Part shown: positions 39,042 to 49,160 of the stretch, one piece after another
Layout: the number at the start of each line of letters is the position of its first letter
Numbering within the stretch: position 1 is the stretch's first letter
Source: an uncultured Candidatus Entotheonella sp.
Lineage (GTDB): Bacteria; Tectomicrobia; Entotheonellia; Entotheonellales; Entotheonellaceae
Reading direction: 5' to 3'
DNA: 64,000 nucleotides
NCBI GenBank assembly: GCA_965215335.1
Contig: CBDCDA010000001.1
Span: forward strand, 1,152,001-1,216,000
Notes under the pieces: model-generated
What the model saw: the letters and a program-made list of their open reading frames with translations, nothing else
What the model was told of the DNA's origin: nothing
The model's database searches: none
Made by a program: the position numbers and the translations under genes

Positions 39042-41648
39042 ATGCAGTTGAAGCCATATCAGGCCGACACCCTCGCCGTGCTGCGGCGCTTCTTTGAAGC
39101 GGCGCGCATCGCCGGACCCGGCAACGCCTACGAGGCCATTACCCGCGAGCCGGAGCAGGCCGGGCGGCTTGGCGGCCATGCCGGAGCATACGCGCCGCTG
39201 AACGACTTGCCAGACGTGCCCTACGTCTGCCTGCGCCTGCCCACCGGCGGCGGCAAGACCATCCTCGCCGCGCACGCCGTGTCCGTCGCCCGCAATGCCT
39301 GGATCGAGAAGGACTATCCGCTGGTGCTGTGGCTGGTGCCGAGCAATACCATCCGTTCGCAGACGGTCGAGGCGCTGAAAAACCCCCGCCATGCGTACCG
39401 GCAAGCGTTGGACGCCGCGTTTGACGGGCGGGTGCGGGTGTTCGACATCGCCGACTTCACCCATATCCGGCCGCACGACCTGCGCCACCGCTGCTGCCTG
39501 GTGGTCGGCACCATTCAAACGCTGCGCGTGAAGAGCACCGAGGGCCGCAAGGTCTACGCCCACAACGAGGCGATGGAGCCGCACTTCGCCACGCTGCCGC
39601 ACACCGGCGCCGTCACGTTTTCCTTCGCCAACCTGCTGCACCTGCACCGGCCCCTGATGATCGTCGATGAGGCGCACAACGCCGTCACCGGCCTGACGCG
39701 GGACATGCAGGCGCGGGTCAACCCTTGCGCCATCATCGAGTTCACGGCGACGCCGCGGCAAAAGTCGAACATCCTGCACAGCGTCACCGCCCAGGAACTC
39801 AAGCACGCAGACATGATCAAGCTGCCGATCATGCTGTCCGAGCACGATTCCTGGCAGAACGCGGTGAGCGGGGCCATCTCCACCCGCGCCAGGCTGGCCG
39901 AGACCGCGCAGGACGACCCCGCCTGCATCCGGCCCATCGTCCTGTTCCAGGCGCAGCCGAAAGACCAGGAGGTGACAGTCGGGGTGCTGAAACAGCACCT
40001 GATGGACGTCGAGCAGATTCCCGCCAGCAAGATCGCCGTCGCTACGGGCAGCCAGCGCGAACTCGACGGCATCGACCTGTTCGACCGCGCCTGTCCCATC
40101 GAATACGTCATCACCGTCGAGGCGCTCAAGGAAGGCTGGGACTGCTCGTTCGCCTATGTCTTCTGCTCCGTGTCGCGCATCCGCAGCGCCACGGACGTGG
40201 AGCAGCTGCTCGGCCGCGTGCTGCGCATGCCCGACGCCAGGCGGCGCGCGAATTCTGATCTGAACAGGGCGTATGCCTGCCTGTCCGAGCCGTCCTTTGG
40301 CGAGGCGGCGCGCGCCCTGGCCGACAAGCTGGTGGCGATGGGCTTTGAGGAAGACGAGGCGCTCGACAACATCGAGCCGGTGCAGGGCGCGTTCGCGATT
40401 CATGAGGGCTTGTTCGCCCCGCGCGACAAGTCGGCGCCGGTGTTCACCCACACCGTCGCGGCAAGCCCGGACGTCCTGGACGCGCTCCAGGTGGTGACGC
40501 GCGACGGTTTCATGGCGCGCGAGGGAACTGGCGGACAGGTCGAAATCGCGGTCACCGGGCGGGTTGACGGCGGCCTGGAACAGGCGATCTGTCAAGCCCT
40601 GCCGGCAAGCGAGCGGACACGGTTTTCCGAGGCCGTTGCCGCCTATCGTGCCGGGATTCACGACCAATTATCACCCGCCGAGCAAGGACAGTCCTTCGAG
40701 GCGCCGCGGCTGACGTCGGACGTCCAGGGCACGCTGGAATTTGCCGATACGGACGTGTTGATGGAATACCACGAGTGGTCGCTGCTCGACCACTCGCCGA
40801 AGATGGCGCCAGAGGAGTTCGCCATCCGCGAGACGGCGCGCAGCTTTGAAATCGACCTGGACGGCAGGCGCGTCACCTACCAGTTCGCCCGTGAAACCGA
40901 GCAGCTGGTTCTGGATACCCGCGTCGAAGGCTGGACCCCGGAGGGGCTCGTCCTGTGGCTCGACCGGCAGGTGCGCCAGACAGACATTCACCAGAGCGAA
41001 CTGCTCAGATGGCTGCGCGACCTGGTCGGGCACCTGATCCGGGAACGCGGCATGAGCATCACCGCGCTGATGCGCTGCAAGTTCCTGCTGGCCGGCAAGA
41101 TCGAGAGCAAGATCAAGGCCATTCGTCAGCGGGAACGCGACCGCGTCTACCAGCGGCGCCTCTTCGCCCCCGAGGCCAACGTGACGGTGTCGTTCGACGA
41201 CCCCTTCACATTCGTGGCCGGCATGTACCGGGGCCAGCGGCGCTACCGCGGGCGCTGGAAGCCGAGCAGGCACTTTCTGGGACCGGACCACGTGCCCGCT
41301 TTTGACGGCGCCGAGGACGGCGAGGAGGTCCGGTGTGCGCAGGTCATCGACAGCCTGGCACAGGTGGCGTACTGGATTCGCAACGTCGCCCGCCACCGGG
41401 AGTCGTTCTGGCTGCCCACCGCGACGGACAGGTTCTACCCGGACTTTGTCGCCCGCTTGCAGGATGGCCGGCTACTCGTCGTCGAGTACAAGGGCGCGCA
41501 TATCGCCGACGGGCCCGATACCGCCGAAAAGCGGACCATCGGTGCCTTGTGGCAACGGAAAAGTGACGGCCAGGGTCTGTTCATCGTGGTCGAGAAGGAC
41601 GTCAACGGGAAGGACGTGCGTCGGCAGTTGGAGGATTTTCTGACTTGA
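39042..41648 (+). CDS. res: type III restriction endonuclease/helicase (Res)
   Basis: PTGGGKT, DEAH, TATP, LKEGWD, QLLGRVLR, C-terminal nuclease FYPDF...VEYKG. Confidence 0.92.
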   Translation: MQLKPYQADTLAVLRRFFEAARIAGPGNAYEAITREPEQAGRLGGHAGAYAPLNDLPDVPYVCLRLPTGGGKTILAAHAVSVARNAWIEKDYPLVLWLVPSNTIRSQTVEALKNPRHAYRQALDAAFDGRVRVFDIADFTHIRPHDLRHRCCLVVGTIQTLRVKSTEGRKVYAHNEAMEPHFATLPHTGAVTFSFANLLHLHRPLMIVDEAHNAVTGLTRDMQARVNPCAIIEFTATPRQKSNILHSVTAQELKHADMIKLPIMLSEHDSWQNAVSGAISTRARLAETAQDDPACIRPIVLFQAQPKDQEVTVGVLKQHLMDVEQIPASKIAVATGSQRELDGIDLFDRACPIEYVITVEALKEGWDCSFAYVFCSVSRIRSATDVEQLLGRVLRMPDARRRANSDLNRAYACLSEPSFGEAARALADKLVAMGFEEDEALDNIEPVQGAFAIHEGLFAPRDKSAPVFTHTVAASPDVLDALQVVTRDGFMAREGTGGQVEIAVTGRVDGGLEQAICQALPASERTRFSEAVAAYRAGIHDQLSPAEQGQSFEAPRLTSDVQGTLEFADTDVLMEYHEWSLLDHSPKMAPEEFAIRETARSFEIDLDGRRVTYQFARETEQLVLDTRVEGWTPEGLVLWLDRQVRQTDIHQSELLRWLRDLVGHLIRERGMSITALMRCKFLLAGKIESKIKAIRQRERDRVYQRRLFAPEANVTVSFDDPFTFVAGMYRGQRRYRGRWKPSRHFLGPDHVPAFDGAEDGEEVRCAQVIDSLAQVAYWIRNVARHRESFWLPTATDRFYPDFVARLQDGRLLVVEYKGAHIADGPDTAEKRTIGALWQRKSDGQGLFIVVEKDVNGKDVRRQLEDFLT

Positions 41649-43284
41649 ACTGCGGCAGCTCCGCAATCGTCCCGTCAACGTAGAGGATCCCGAGGGTCTT
41701 GAGGGCGCTGTCAATGATTGCCGCGTGTCGGGCCGCGCCCCGGCCGGCGCACAGCCGCTCCAGCAGCTCGGCCACCGGTGTGCGGCCGTCGACCAGCGAC
41801 ACGACCTGCGCCGCCAGCGGGCTGCACGGGGTGCCCTCCGGGTAGCCGTCGGTTACCAGCACGTGGCCCCACACGAACTCCCCGGCGCCGAGGACGGGCT
41901 TGCGCTTTACAGACACGCCGGCGGCGCGGCGGGGCACCGCTGCCAGGAGCGTCTCGGACGCTCCTGGTGCCGCCAGTCGCGACCGGCGTTCGGCGCGGGC
42001 CGATTCCACGGCGCGGACGTTGCGAACGAACGGCTCCGGCGCCTCCCCTCTCGCCAGCACCACACGCTCATAGCCGCGCGGCGACTGTCCGGCGACGGCG
42101 TGGATGAAGGCGTGGCGTGGCGATAACGACGCCTGGTCGCCCAACAGGCGGCGGGCTTCCCAGAAATACGACGCCGCCGTGCGGTTGCTGCTGTAGAAGA
42201 GTTGCGCCATGGTGCGGAAGTGGTTGTATTCCTTGCGGTACAACTCGGCATAGACCTGCCCCGCCGCCTCGACCATGCCGGGGTCTCTGAGAGCGGTGCT
42301 CACATAGGCGGCGGCCAGCACGCCGGACATCAGCGCCAGGTGCACACCCGATGAAAACAGCGGGTCGACGAAGCACGCCGCATCGCCGACCAGGACGTAG
42401 CCGTCGCCTATCAGCCGCTCCGAGGTGTAGGACCAGTCCTTGATCACCTGCGGCCCGGCAACCAGGTCGGCATCCCGCAGCATGCGGGATGCGACCGGCG
42501 CCGCGGCCAACTGCTGCAGGAAGACCTGCCGCAAATCACTCTTCGACAAGCGTTCCTGCCCCCTGCGGCTGTCTACCACCGTGCCGACGCTCGTCCAGCC
42601 GGTGTGCAGGGGAATCATCCATGACCAGCCGTGCGCATGCGCTTCGATGAGAATGTTGGTTTCGTCGGGCGCCGGCAGGCGGTCGGCGCCGGTCACGTAG
42701 CCGTACACCGCCAGGTTGCGGAAAAACGGGTCCCAGCGCCGCAGCCCGAGTCGGCGTCCCAGCAGGGCAGTCTGGCCGCTGGCATCGACCACGAAGCGGG
42801 CGCGGGCGATGCCGTCGTGCCCGGCGTCGCTGCGGTAGCGCACGCCGGCGGCCCACCCGGCCTCATGCAGGACCTCGACGACCTGGTGCCCTTCGCGCAC
42901 CTCGACGCCACACGCGCGGCTGTTTTCCAGGAGCAATTGATCGAAGACGGGCCGCCACACCTGGTAAGCGTGCGGGTGGTTCGGGTTGGTCTCGCGGAAG
43001 TACCAGCTCCAGGGCTTGTCGTCCTTGCCCCAGACCATGGTGGCACCCCACTTGGGGAGGAATCCGGCCGCCTGCACGGCGGGCAGGACGCCGAGTTCTT
43101 CCAGGACGGGCAGACTGGCCGGAAGGAGGGACTCGCCGACGTGGTGACGCGGGAAGCGCTCGCGTTCGAGGAGCAGTACGCGCCAGCCCTTGCGGGCCAG
43201 CATGGTGGCGGCGGTGCTGCCGCCCGGGCCGCCACCGATCACCACCACGTCGGCGTCGAGATGCGGTTGCCTGGGAGCCGTCAT
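41602..43284 (-). CDS. flavin-dependent halogenase with C-terminal PqqD/RRE-like extension
   Basis: IGGGPGG, FPRHHVGESL, GFLPKWG (catalytic Lys), GWSWMIP (WxWxIP), GDAACFVDPLFSSGV. Confidence 0.88.
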   Translation of the reverse strand: MTAPRQPHLDADVVVIGGGPGGSTAATMLARKGWRVLLLERERFPRHHVGESLLPASLPVLEELGVLPAVQAAGFLPKWGATMVWGKDDKPWSWYFRETNPNHPHAYQVWRPVFDQLLLENSRACGVEVREGHQVVEVLHEAGWAAGVRYRSDAGHDGIARARFVVDASGQTALLGRRLGLRRWDPFFRNLAVYGYVTGADRLPAPDETNILIEAHAHGWSWMIPLHTGWTSVGTVVDSRRGQERLSKSDLRQVFLQQLAAAPVASRMLRDADLVAGPQVIKDWSYTSERLIGDGYVLVGDAACFVDPLFSSGVHLALMSGVLAAAYVSTALRDPGMVEAAGQVYAELYRKEYNHFRTMAQLFYSSNRTAASYFWEARRLLGDQASLSPRHAFIHAVAGQSPRGYERVVLARGEAPEPFVRNVRAVESARAERRSRLAAPGASETLLAAVPRRAAGVSVKRKPVLGAGEFVWGHVLVTDGYPEGTPCSPLAAQVVSLVDGRTPVAELLERLCAGRGAARHAAIIDSALKTLGILYVDGTIAELPQFKSENPPTADARPSR

Positions 43285-43298
43285 GCCCGGCGCGCCGG

Positions 43299-44609
43299 TC
43301 AATCGGCAGCGTGCCCGGCGGTTCCCGGAGCGGCTGCGGCATACGGGCTGTCCGAAGCGTCGGCATCGTCGTTGGCCGCGGGCGGCTGACCGGTAGCCGG
43401 GTCGACCTCGAAGGGGCCGGGCAATTCCAGTTCGTCGGCGATTTCCTTGACCGCGGGGATGACCTCCTGGCCCATCAGCCGCAGGCTGCGCATGGCGTCG
43501 TCGTGGTTCATGGCGCCGTCGCCGTCCCAGAAGAAAATGCTGCCGGGGCGCAGGTATTCCAGCACGTGGCGGATTTTGGGGATGACGGTCTTGGGCGTGC
43601 CGGAGATCACCGTGTAATCCTGGATCTGCTGCTCATACGGCCGCCCCAGGGCGCTGGCGAGGCCGCCGCGCGCCCGTGTCGCCACGGTCTGCGTCGGCAG
43701 GACACGCTTGCGGGACGTGAGGCCCGGCAGGTTGAGCAGCGCCGGGTTCACGGTTCCCTCGTTACCGGCCAGGAACGGGTTGCTCGGTCCCTGTACGAAC
43801 TTGCGGCCGGTCTCGTCGGCCAGCTTTTCGGTCTCGTCCACGTGCACCTTCCACAGGTAGCCGATGTTCTGCGGGCCGGATGGGTAGCCCTCCTCGGCCG
43901 CGGTGTCGTGGTAGAGCTGGAACGCCTGCCGGGTGGGTTCGAGCTCGGTGGCCAGCATGATGTAGGGGATGCGCTGCCGGGCGGCCCACGTGAGCGAGTC
44001 GCGGCTCACCACGCCCGGCAGCCAGATCGGCGGGTGGGGCTTCTGGTACGGCTTTACCCACGGATTGACGTGGCGGTAATGAAAATGCTTGCCCTCCCAG
44101 CGGAACGGGCCGGAAGTGGTCCATGCCTTGACGATGAAGTCGTGCGCTTCCTGGAAGCGCTCCCAGTTGTAGTGCGGCGGGATGTTGTGCGACACGCTCT
44201 CCCGTCCGGTGCCCCGCACCCAGCCGGACACCAGCCGACCGCGCGAGATCATGTCGATCATGGCGAGTTGCTCCACCAGCCACATCGGGTCGTCCCACAG
44301 CGGCAGGATGTTGCCCAGCAGGACGATCCTGGCGCGCTGGGTCATGCGCGCCAGGATGGAGGCCTCCACGTTCATGGCGCCGCCCATGCAGAACGGCGTG
44401 CCGTGGTGCTCGTTGAGCATCAGGCCGTCGAAGCCCATTTCCTCGGCGTAGCTCTTCTCGTCGAGGTAGCGATTGTAGAGGTCGGCTCCCAGCGCGGGGT
44501 CATAGATGTCGTTGCTCACCTTGAGGTCCATGATGGGCTTGCCGGTGGCGCCGAAATAGCCGGAGCTCGGGTCCTGGTAGGGCCGCTCGGTGAAGTACCC
44601 GATAAACAT
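43299..44609 (-). CDS. LLM-class (luciferase-like) flavin-dependent oxidoreductase
   Basis: AEEMGFDG..NEHH, EQLAMIDMISRGRL, FRWEGKHF, PYQKPHPPIW. Confidence 0.92.
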   Translation of the reverse strand: MFIGYFTERPYQDPSSGYFGATGKPIMDLKVSNDIYDPALGADLYNRYLDEKSYAEEMGFDGLMLNEHHGTPFCMGGAMNVEASILARMTQRARIVLLGNILPLWDDPMWLVEQLAMIDMISRGRLVSGWVRGTGRESVSHNIPPHYNWERFQEAHDFIVKAWTTSGPFRWEGKHFHYRHVNPWVKPYQKPHPPIWLPGVVSRDSLTWAARQRIPYIMLATELEPTRQAFQLYHDTAAEEGYPSGPQNIGYLWKVHVDETEKLADETGRKFVQGPSNPFLAGNEGTVNPALLNLPGLTSRKRVLPTQTVATRARGGLASALGRPYEQQIQDYTVISGTPKTVIPKIRHVLEYLRPGSIFFWDGDGAMNHDDAMRSLRLMGQEVIPAVKEIADELELPGPFEVDPATGQPPAANDDADASDSPYAAAAPGTAGHAAD

Positions 44610-44790
44610 CGGTCGTTCTCCCTGTGGTTGCGGAACGATTGAAAACGGCGGCTGCCGCAGGATGGACGGCGAGCCATGCGGGGAGCATTATAGCACCGTC
44701 GCCCCTTGATCCCACGCCCCCTTGGTGTGACAATACCGCCCTTGCGAAAGCGGTCGACGGCTTATTATCGAGGAGCAAGGACAACCCATC

Positions 44791-45594
44791 ATGACGACAT
44801 CTTCGGCGCCCTGGACGGCGGACATGATCGAGGCGGCGGGCCTCGAGATCGAGCTTGTGAAAGGCGGCGACGGGCCGCCCCTGGTGGTGCTGCACGACGA
44901 GTTGGGGCATCCCGGCTGGCTGCGCTATCACGACGCCCTGGCTCGGCACTACACCCTGCATCTGCCGTCGCATCCCGGCTTTGGGCAATCCGAGCGCCCG
45001 GACTGGATCGTGACCATGCGGGACCTGGCCTGCTGGTACCTCGACGCGCTGGACGAACTGGGCTTGCAGCAGATGCCGGTCATCGGCGTCGGGTTGGGCG
45101 GCTGGCTGGCGGCGGAGATGGCGACCATGTGCCCGGCACAGTTCGGCAAGCTGGTCCTGGTGGGTGCGCCGGGCATCAAGCCGCCGCGCGGCGAGATTTA
45201 CGATGTGTTCCTGGTGATTGCCAAGGACTACGTGGCTGCCAATTTCCACGACGCCGCGAACTGCGCGGAGTACCAGGCATTGTACGGCGCCGACCCGACG
45301 CCCGAGCAGGCGGAGAACTGGGAGGTGGCGCGCGAGATGGCCAGCCGGCTGAGCTGGCGGCCCTTCATGCACTCGCCCAGCCTGCCGCACCTGCTGCGCC
45401 GGCTGCGCCGGCTCCCTACCCTTCTGGCCTGGGGCAGGCAGGACGCCATCGTGCCCCTGAGCGCCGCGGAGGTGTACCAGGCGTCGATTCCGGGCGCGCA
45501 ACTGGCCGTTTTCGATCCGTGCGGCCATCACCCGGAAATCGAGCAGGCCGACGCCTTTGTGGAGCGGGTTCTGGCCTTCCTGGGCAACGCCTGA
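44791..45594 (+). CDS. alpha/beta hydrolase fold protein (nucleophile elbow GVGLG)
   Basis: HPGFGQS, IGVGLGGWLAAEMA, WGRQD, CGHHP. Confidence 0.85.
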   Translation: MTTSSAPWTADMIEAAGLEIELVKGGDGPPLVVLHDELGHPGWLRYHDALARHYTLHLPSHPGFGQSERPDWIVTMRDLACWYLDALDELGLQQMPVIGVGLGGWLAAEMATMCPAQFGKLVLVGAPGIKPPRGEIYDVFLVIAKDYVAANFHDAANCAEYQALYGADPTPEQAENWEVAREMASRLSWRPFMHSPSLPHLLRRLRRLPTLLAWGRQDAIVPLSAAEVYQASIPGAQLAVFDPCGHHPEIEQADAFVERVLAFLGNA

Positions 45595-46574
45595 TGCCGA
45601 ACGTCCTGATCACCGCGCGGTATTTTGCCGTCGATCCCGAACCCCTCGATCTGTTGCGGCGCAACGGCTGCGTCATCACCCACCCGGACATTGATTGGAC
45701 CCTGGGCGACGGCAACGTGTCGCAAGCCCGCGCCATCGAGCTGCTGCGCGACGCGGATGGGGCGATTGTTTCGTCGATGCCTGTTACCGACGCGGTTCTC
45801 GCGGAAACGCCGCGGCTCAAGGTCATCGCCCTGCGCGGCGTCGGTTACGACTCGGTGGACGTGGCCGCCGCCACGGCGCGCGGCATCCCGGTGGCGGTGG
45901 CGCCGGGGTTCACCGACAGCGTCGCCGATTACGTGTTCGGCCTGCTGCTGGCAGTGGCGCGCCAGGTGGCGCAGGCGGACCGCGTGATACGAGACAGGCG
46001 CTGGGATGTGCTGGTCAGCACCAACATCGCCGGCAAGACGCTGGGCATCATCGGTCTGGGGCGCATCGGCAAGGCGGTGGCACGCCGCGCGCGCGGCTTC
46101 GACATGCCGATTCTGGCCACCGACGTGGTACGCGACGACGACTTCGCGGCGTCGCATGGCGTGCGGTACGTGACGCTGGAGGAACTGCTGCGGCAAGCGG
46201 ACATCGTGTCCATCAACGCCCCGTTGCAGGGCGATACCCGGTATCTCATCAACGCGCAAGCCCTCGCCTCGATGCAGCCGACGGCGTATCTGATCAACAC
46301 GGCGCGCGGCGACCTGGTCGATGAAACCGCCCTAGCGGGGGCGTTGCGCGCCGGCCGCCTGGCCGGCGCCGCCCTCGACGTGTTTCACGACGAACCCCTG
46401 CGGGAAAGCCCGTTGCGCGGTCTCGACAACGTTGTCCTGTCCCCTCACCTCGCCGCCTACAGCCGCGAGGGCCTGCGCGAAACCGGCGTTCTGGCCGCCC
46501 GCGCCGTGCTCGCCGTGCTGGCCGGCGGTCGTCCCGAGGCGGCGCAATGGGTCAATCCCGAGGCGTCCGGGTAG
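45594..46574 (+). CDS. phosphoglycerate dehydrogenase-like D-2-hydroxyacid dehydrogenase
   Basis: GVGYDSVD, GIIGLGRIG, INTARG, ALDVF..EP, SPH. TGATG coupling to the upstream gene. Confidence 0.9.
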   Translation: MPNVLITARYFAVDPEPLDLLRRNGCVITHPDIDWTLGDGNVSQARAIELLRDADGAIVSSMPVTDAVLAETPRLKVIALRGVGYDSVDVAAATARGIPVAVAPGFTDSVADYVFGLLLAVARQVAQADRVIRDRRWDVLVSTNIAGKTLGIIGLGRIGKAVARRARGFDMPILATDVVRDDDFAASHGVRYVTLEELLRQADIVSINAPLQGDTRYLINAQALASMQPTAYLINTARGDLVDETALAGALRAGRLAGAALDVFHDEPLRESPLRGLDNVVLSPHLAAYSREGLRETGVLAARAVLAVLAGGRPEAAQWVNPEASG

Positions 46575-46595
46575 CGGCATCCGGCTTGCGGGCCG

Positions 46596-48218
46596 TCACG
46601 GCACCGCGAGCATGCCGGGCTCGTACCGTTCGCACGGCGCCAGTCCCATGAGCTGGATCACCGTATTGGCCATGTTGGCCAGCGTGTGGACCTGCCCGTG
46701 CCGCAGCCGGTAGGGATCGACCCCCGCCGGGTCGTACAGGTAGAACGGCACCGGGCTCAGGCTGTGCGAGGTCTTGGACGGCAGCGCGGCGTCGAGGGCT
46801 TGCCAGTCGGCCGCCTGGCCGGGTTTGACGTCGAGCATGTCGTCGCAGTTGCCGTGGTCGGCGGTGACGAGCAGGACGGTGTTGCTCGCCTCGGCCGCCC
46901 GGATCAGTCTGCCCAGCATCAGGTCCAGGGTCGAGACGGCCACGACCGTCGCCGGCAAATCGCCGGTATGCCCCACCATGTCCCCATTCGCCAGGTTGAT
47001 GCGGCCAACGTCGAAGCTGCCGCGCTGCATGCGCGCCACGGCGGCGGCGGTGATCTCCGCGGCCTTCATCCACGGCCGTTGCTCAAAGCCGATACCTTCG
47101 TCCGACGGAATTTCCAGGTATTCCTCCAGGCTGCGGTCGACGTAGCCGGACCTGTTGCCGTTCCAGAAGTAAGTCACGTGCCCGAACTTCTGCGTCTCGC
47201 TGCAGGCGAACTGTCGCAGCTGGCGCGCCACGAAAAACTCGCTCAGGGTGTGGTCGATCTGCGGCGGCGCCACCAGGTAGTGTTCGGGGATGGCGAGGTC
47301 GCCGTCGTACAGCATCATGCCGGCGTAAAAGGTATCGGGACGGCGAAGGCGGTCGAAGTGCGGGAAGTCCTTGTCGCAGAAGGCCCTCGACATTTCGATG
47401 GCGCGGTCGCCGCGGAAGTTGAAAAAGATAACGCCGTCGCCGTCGTGAATCGGCCCGACGGGTTGCCCGCGTTCGTCGGTGACGACGAACGCGGGCAGAT
47501 ACTGGTCGCTCGCGTCGGTGTCCTGGCGGAAGGTCTGCAGGGCCGCGGTGAGGGACGGGAAGCCCTGCCCGGCGCCCAGCACGTGCACCCGCCAGCCCCG
47601 TTGCACCATGCCCCAGTCGGCCTCGTAACGATCCATGGTGATGCGCATGCGCCCGCCGCCGGAGGCGGCCAGCACGTCGAAATCGGGGCTGCGCAGCCCG
47701 GCCATGGTCGTTTCCAGGCGCGTCACGTAGGTCTCGGCCGACTTTTCGCCCACGTCGCGGCCATCGAACAGCACGTGTACCCGCACCCGCCTGACGCCGT
47801 CGGACTTGGCTCGCGCCAGCATGGCGTACAGGTGCTGTTCATGCGCGTGCACGTTGCCATCGGACAGCAGGCCGAGGAAGTGCAGGGTGCCCTCGTGCGC
47901 GCCGACGTAGGACAGCAGGTCGCGCCAGGTGCGGCCCGCAAAGATACGTTCGGAAGCGATGGCCTGCCTGACCAGGGTGGCGCCCTGCGCAAAGACGCGC
48001 CCGGCGCCGAGAGCGTTGTGCCCCACCTCGCTGTTGCCGATGTCGTCGTCGCTCGGCAGGCCGACGGCGGTGCCGTGCGCCTGCAACGTGGTGTACAGCC
48101 CGTGCCGTCCGAGCCACTCCATGGCCGGCGTCCAGGCGAGCCGTACCGCATTGCCGAACCGTTCCTCACGCACGCCAACGCCATCCATGACCACAATTAA
48201 AACCCGTCTGTCGTTCAC
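46596..48218 (-). CDS. gpmI: 2,3-bisphosphoglycerate-independent phosphoglycerate mutase
   Basis: VMDGVG, GNSEVGH, LLSDGNVH, DGRD, NFRGDRA, NGDMVGH, TADHGN. Confidence 0.95.
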   Translation of the reverse strand: MNDRRVLIVVMDGVGVREERFGNAVRLAWTPAMEWLGRHGLYTTLQAHGTAVGLPSDDDIGNSEVGHNALGAGRVFAQGATLVRQAIASERIFAGRTWRDLLSYVGAHEGTLHFLGLLSDGNVHAHEQHLYAMLARAKSDGVRRVRVHVLFDGRDVGEKSAETYVTRLETTMAGLRSPDFDVLAASGGGRMRITMDRYEADWGMVQRGWRVHVLGAGQGFPSLTAALQTFRQDTDASDQYLPAFVVTDERGQPVGPIHDGDGVIFFNFRGDRAIEMSRAFCDKDFPHFDRLRRPDTFYAGMMLYDGDLAIPEHYLVAPPQIDHTLSEFFVARQLRQFACSETQKFGHVTYFWNGNRSGYVDRSLEEYLEIPSDEGIGFEQRPWMKAAEITAAAVARMQRGSFDVGRINLANGDMVGHTGDLPATVVAVSTLDLMLGRLIRAAEASNTVLLVTADHGNCDDMLDVKPGQAADWQALDAALPSKTSHSLSPVPFYLYDPAGVDPYRLRHGQVHTLANMANTVIQLMGLAPCERYEPGMLAVP

Positions 48219-48455
48219 GCGGTGTCCTTTTCTATCCAACGATACGTCGGGCACCGGGGCTCGCGTACCCGTGCCCGGGAATCCAATTCGGGCCCGTCCA
48301 GGCAGGTTTCAACCCCCTTCGGCGAACGGGTTGCAGCGAGTTGTAAAAACATCCCGTACGATTCTATTATAGGGCACGAAGCCTGCATGCAACCGCCAGC
48401 TCCGGAGGCACGACTCGCCGCGCTGGCCTTCACGTCTCGTATCGGGAGTTGCGAC

Positions 48456-49160
48456 ATGCCCACCGATCCGAACCGCGTCACGATCTGGCAGTTTCCCAAG
48501 GCGATTTTCGCCTGGCCCCTGTGTTTCCTGAGCCTGCTGTGCCTCATTCTCTACAACGCCGGGGTGAACCCGGAATGGCTCGCGTGGGTGCAATTCGTCA
48601 CGCTGGTGGGCATCATCCTGGCCCTGGCCCTCGACGTGGATATTCACATGCTGGCGATATTCGGATTGGTGCTGCTCCTCGGGCTGTTCTGCGGTCTGTG
48701 GATGACCTACGCCTTTGGTATCTCGGTATTCCAGAACATCCACGCCTTCTTCCGTGACCTCGACCTGCAGTTCAACGAGCAGACGGCGCTTTTGTGGTTC
48801 ATTCTCGGCGCCCTCCTGTTCGCCTACAGTCTGGGGCGTGTGCTGTACGACGGGCGCTGGAGCATGACGTCCAACGAGTTGCAGCACCAGGTCCTGTTTC
48901 GCCGCCGCCGCGCCTTTGCACGCGGCGCCAAAACGGTGGAGGCCGAGTTTCCCGACCTGCTCGAGTGGGTCCTGGGGTTTGGGGCCGGAACGCTCATCAT
49001 CCTCGATTCGCGTTCCAGGCAGGTGATCAATCGCATTCCCAACGTCCTGGCGCTTTCCTCGAAGATCGCCAAGATGGACCGTCTGCTCGAGCTGCGGGAG
49101 GTCGTCGAGCGCCGGGGGGACGAGGCGTTCGAGGACGACGATGAGCAGGAAGGGCGGTAA
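48456..49160 (+). CDS. hypothetical membrane protein (about 4 TM plus possible bacterial PH-like domain)
   Basis: Four hydrophobic segments, then a soluble tail with LLEWVLGFGAGTLII. Acidic C-terminus. Confidence 0.75.
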   Translation: MPTDPNRVTIWQFPKAIFAWPLCFLSLLCLILYNAGVNPEWLAWVQFVTLVGIILALALDVDIHMLAIFGLVLLLGLFCGLWMTYAFGISVFQNIHAFFRDLDLQFNEQTALLWFILGALLFAYSLGRVLYDGRWSMTSNELQHQVLFRRRRAFARGAKTVEAEFPDLLEWVLGFGAGTLIILDSRSRQVINRIPNVLALSSKIAKMDRLLELREVVERRGDEAFEDDDEQEGR

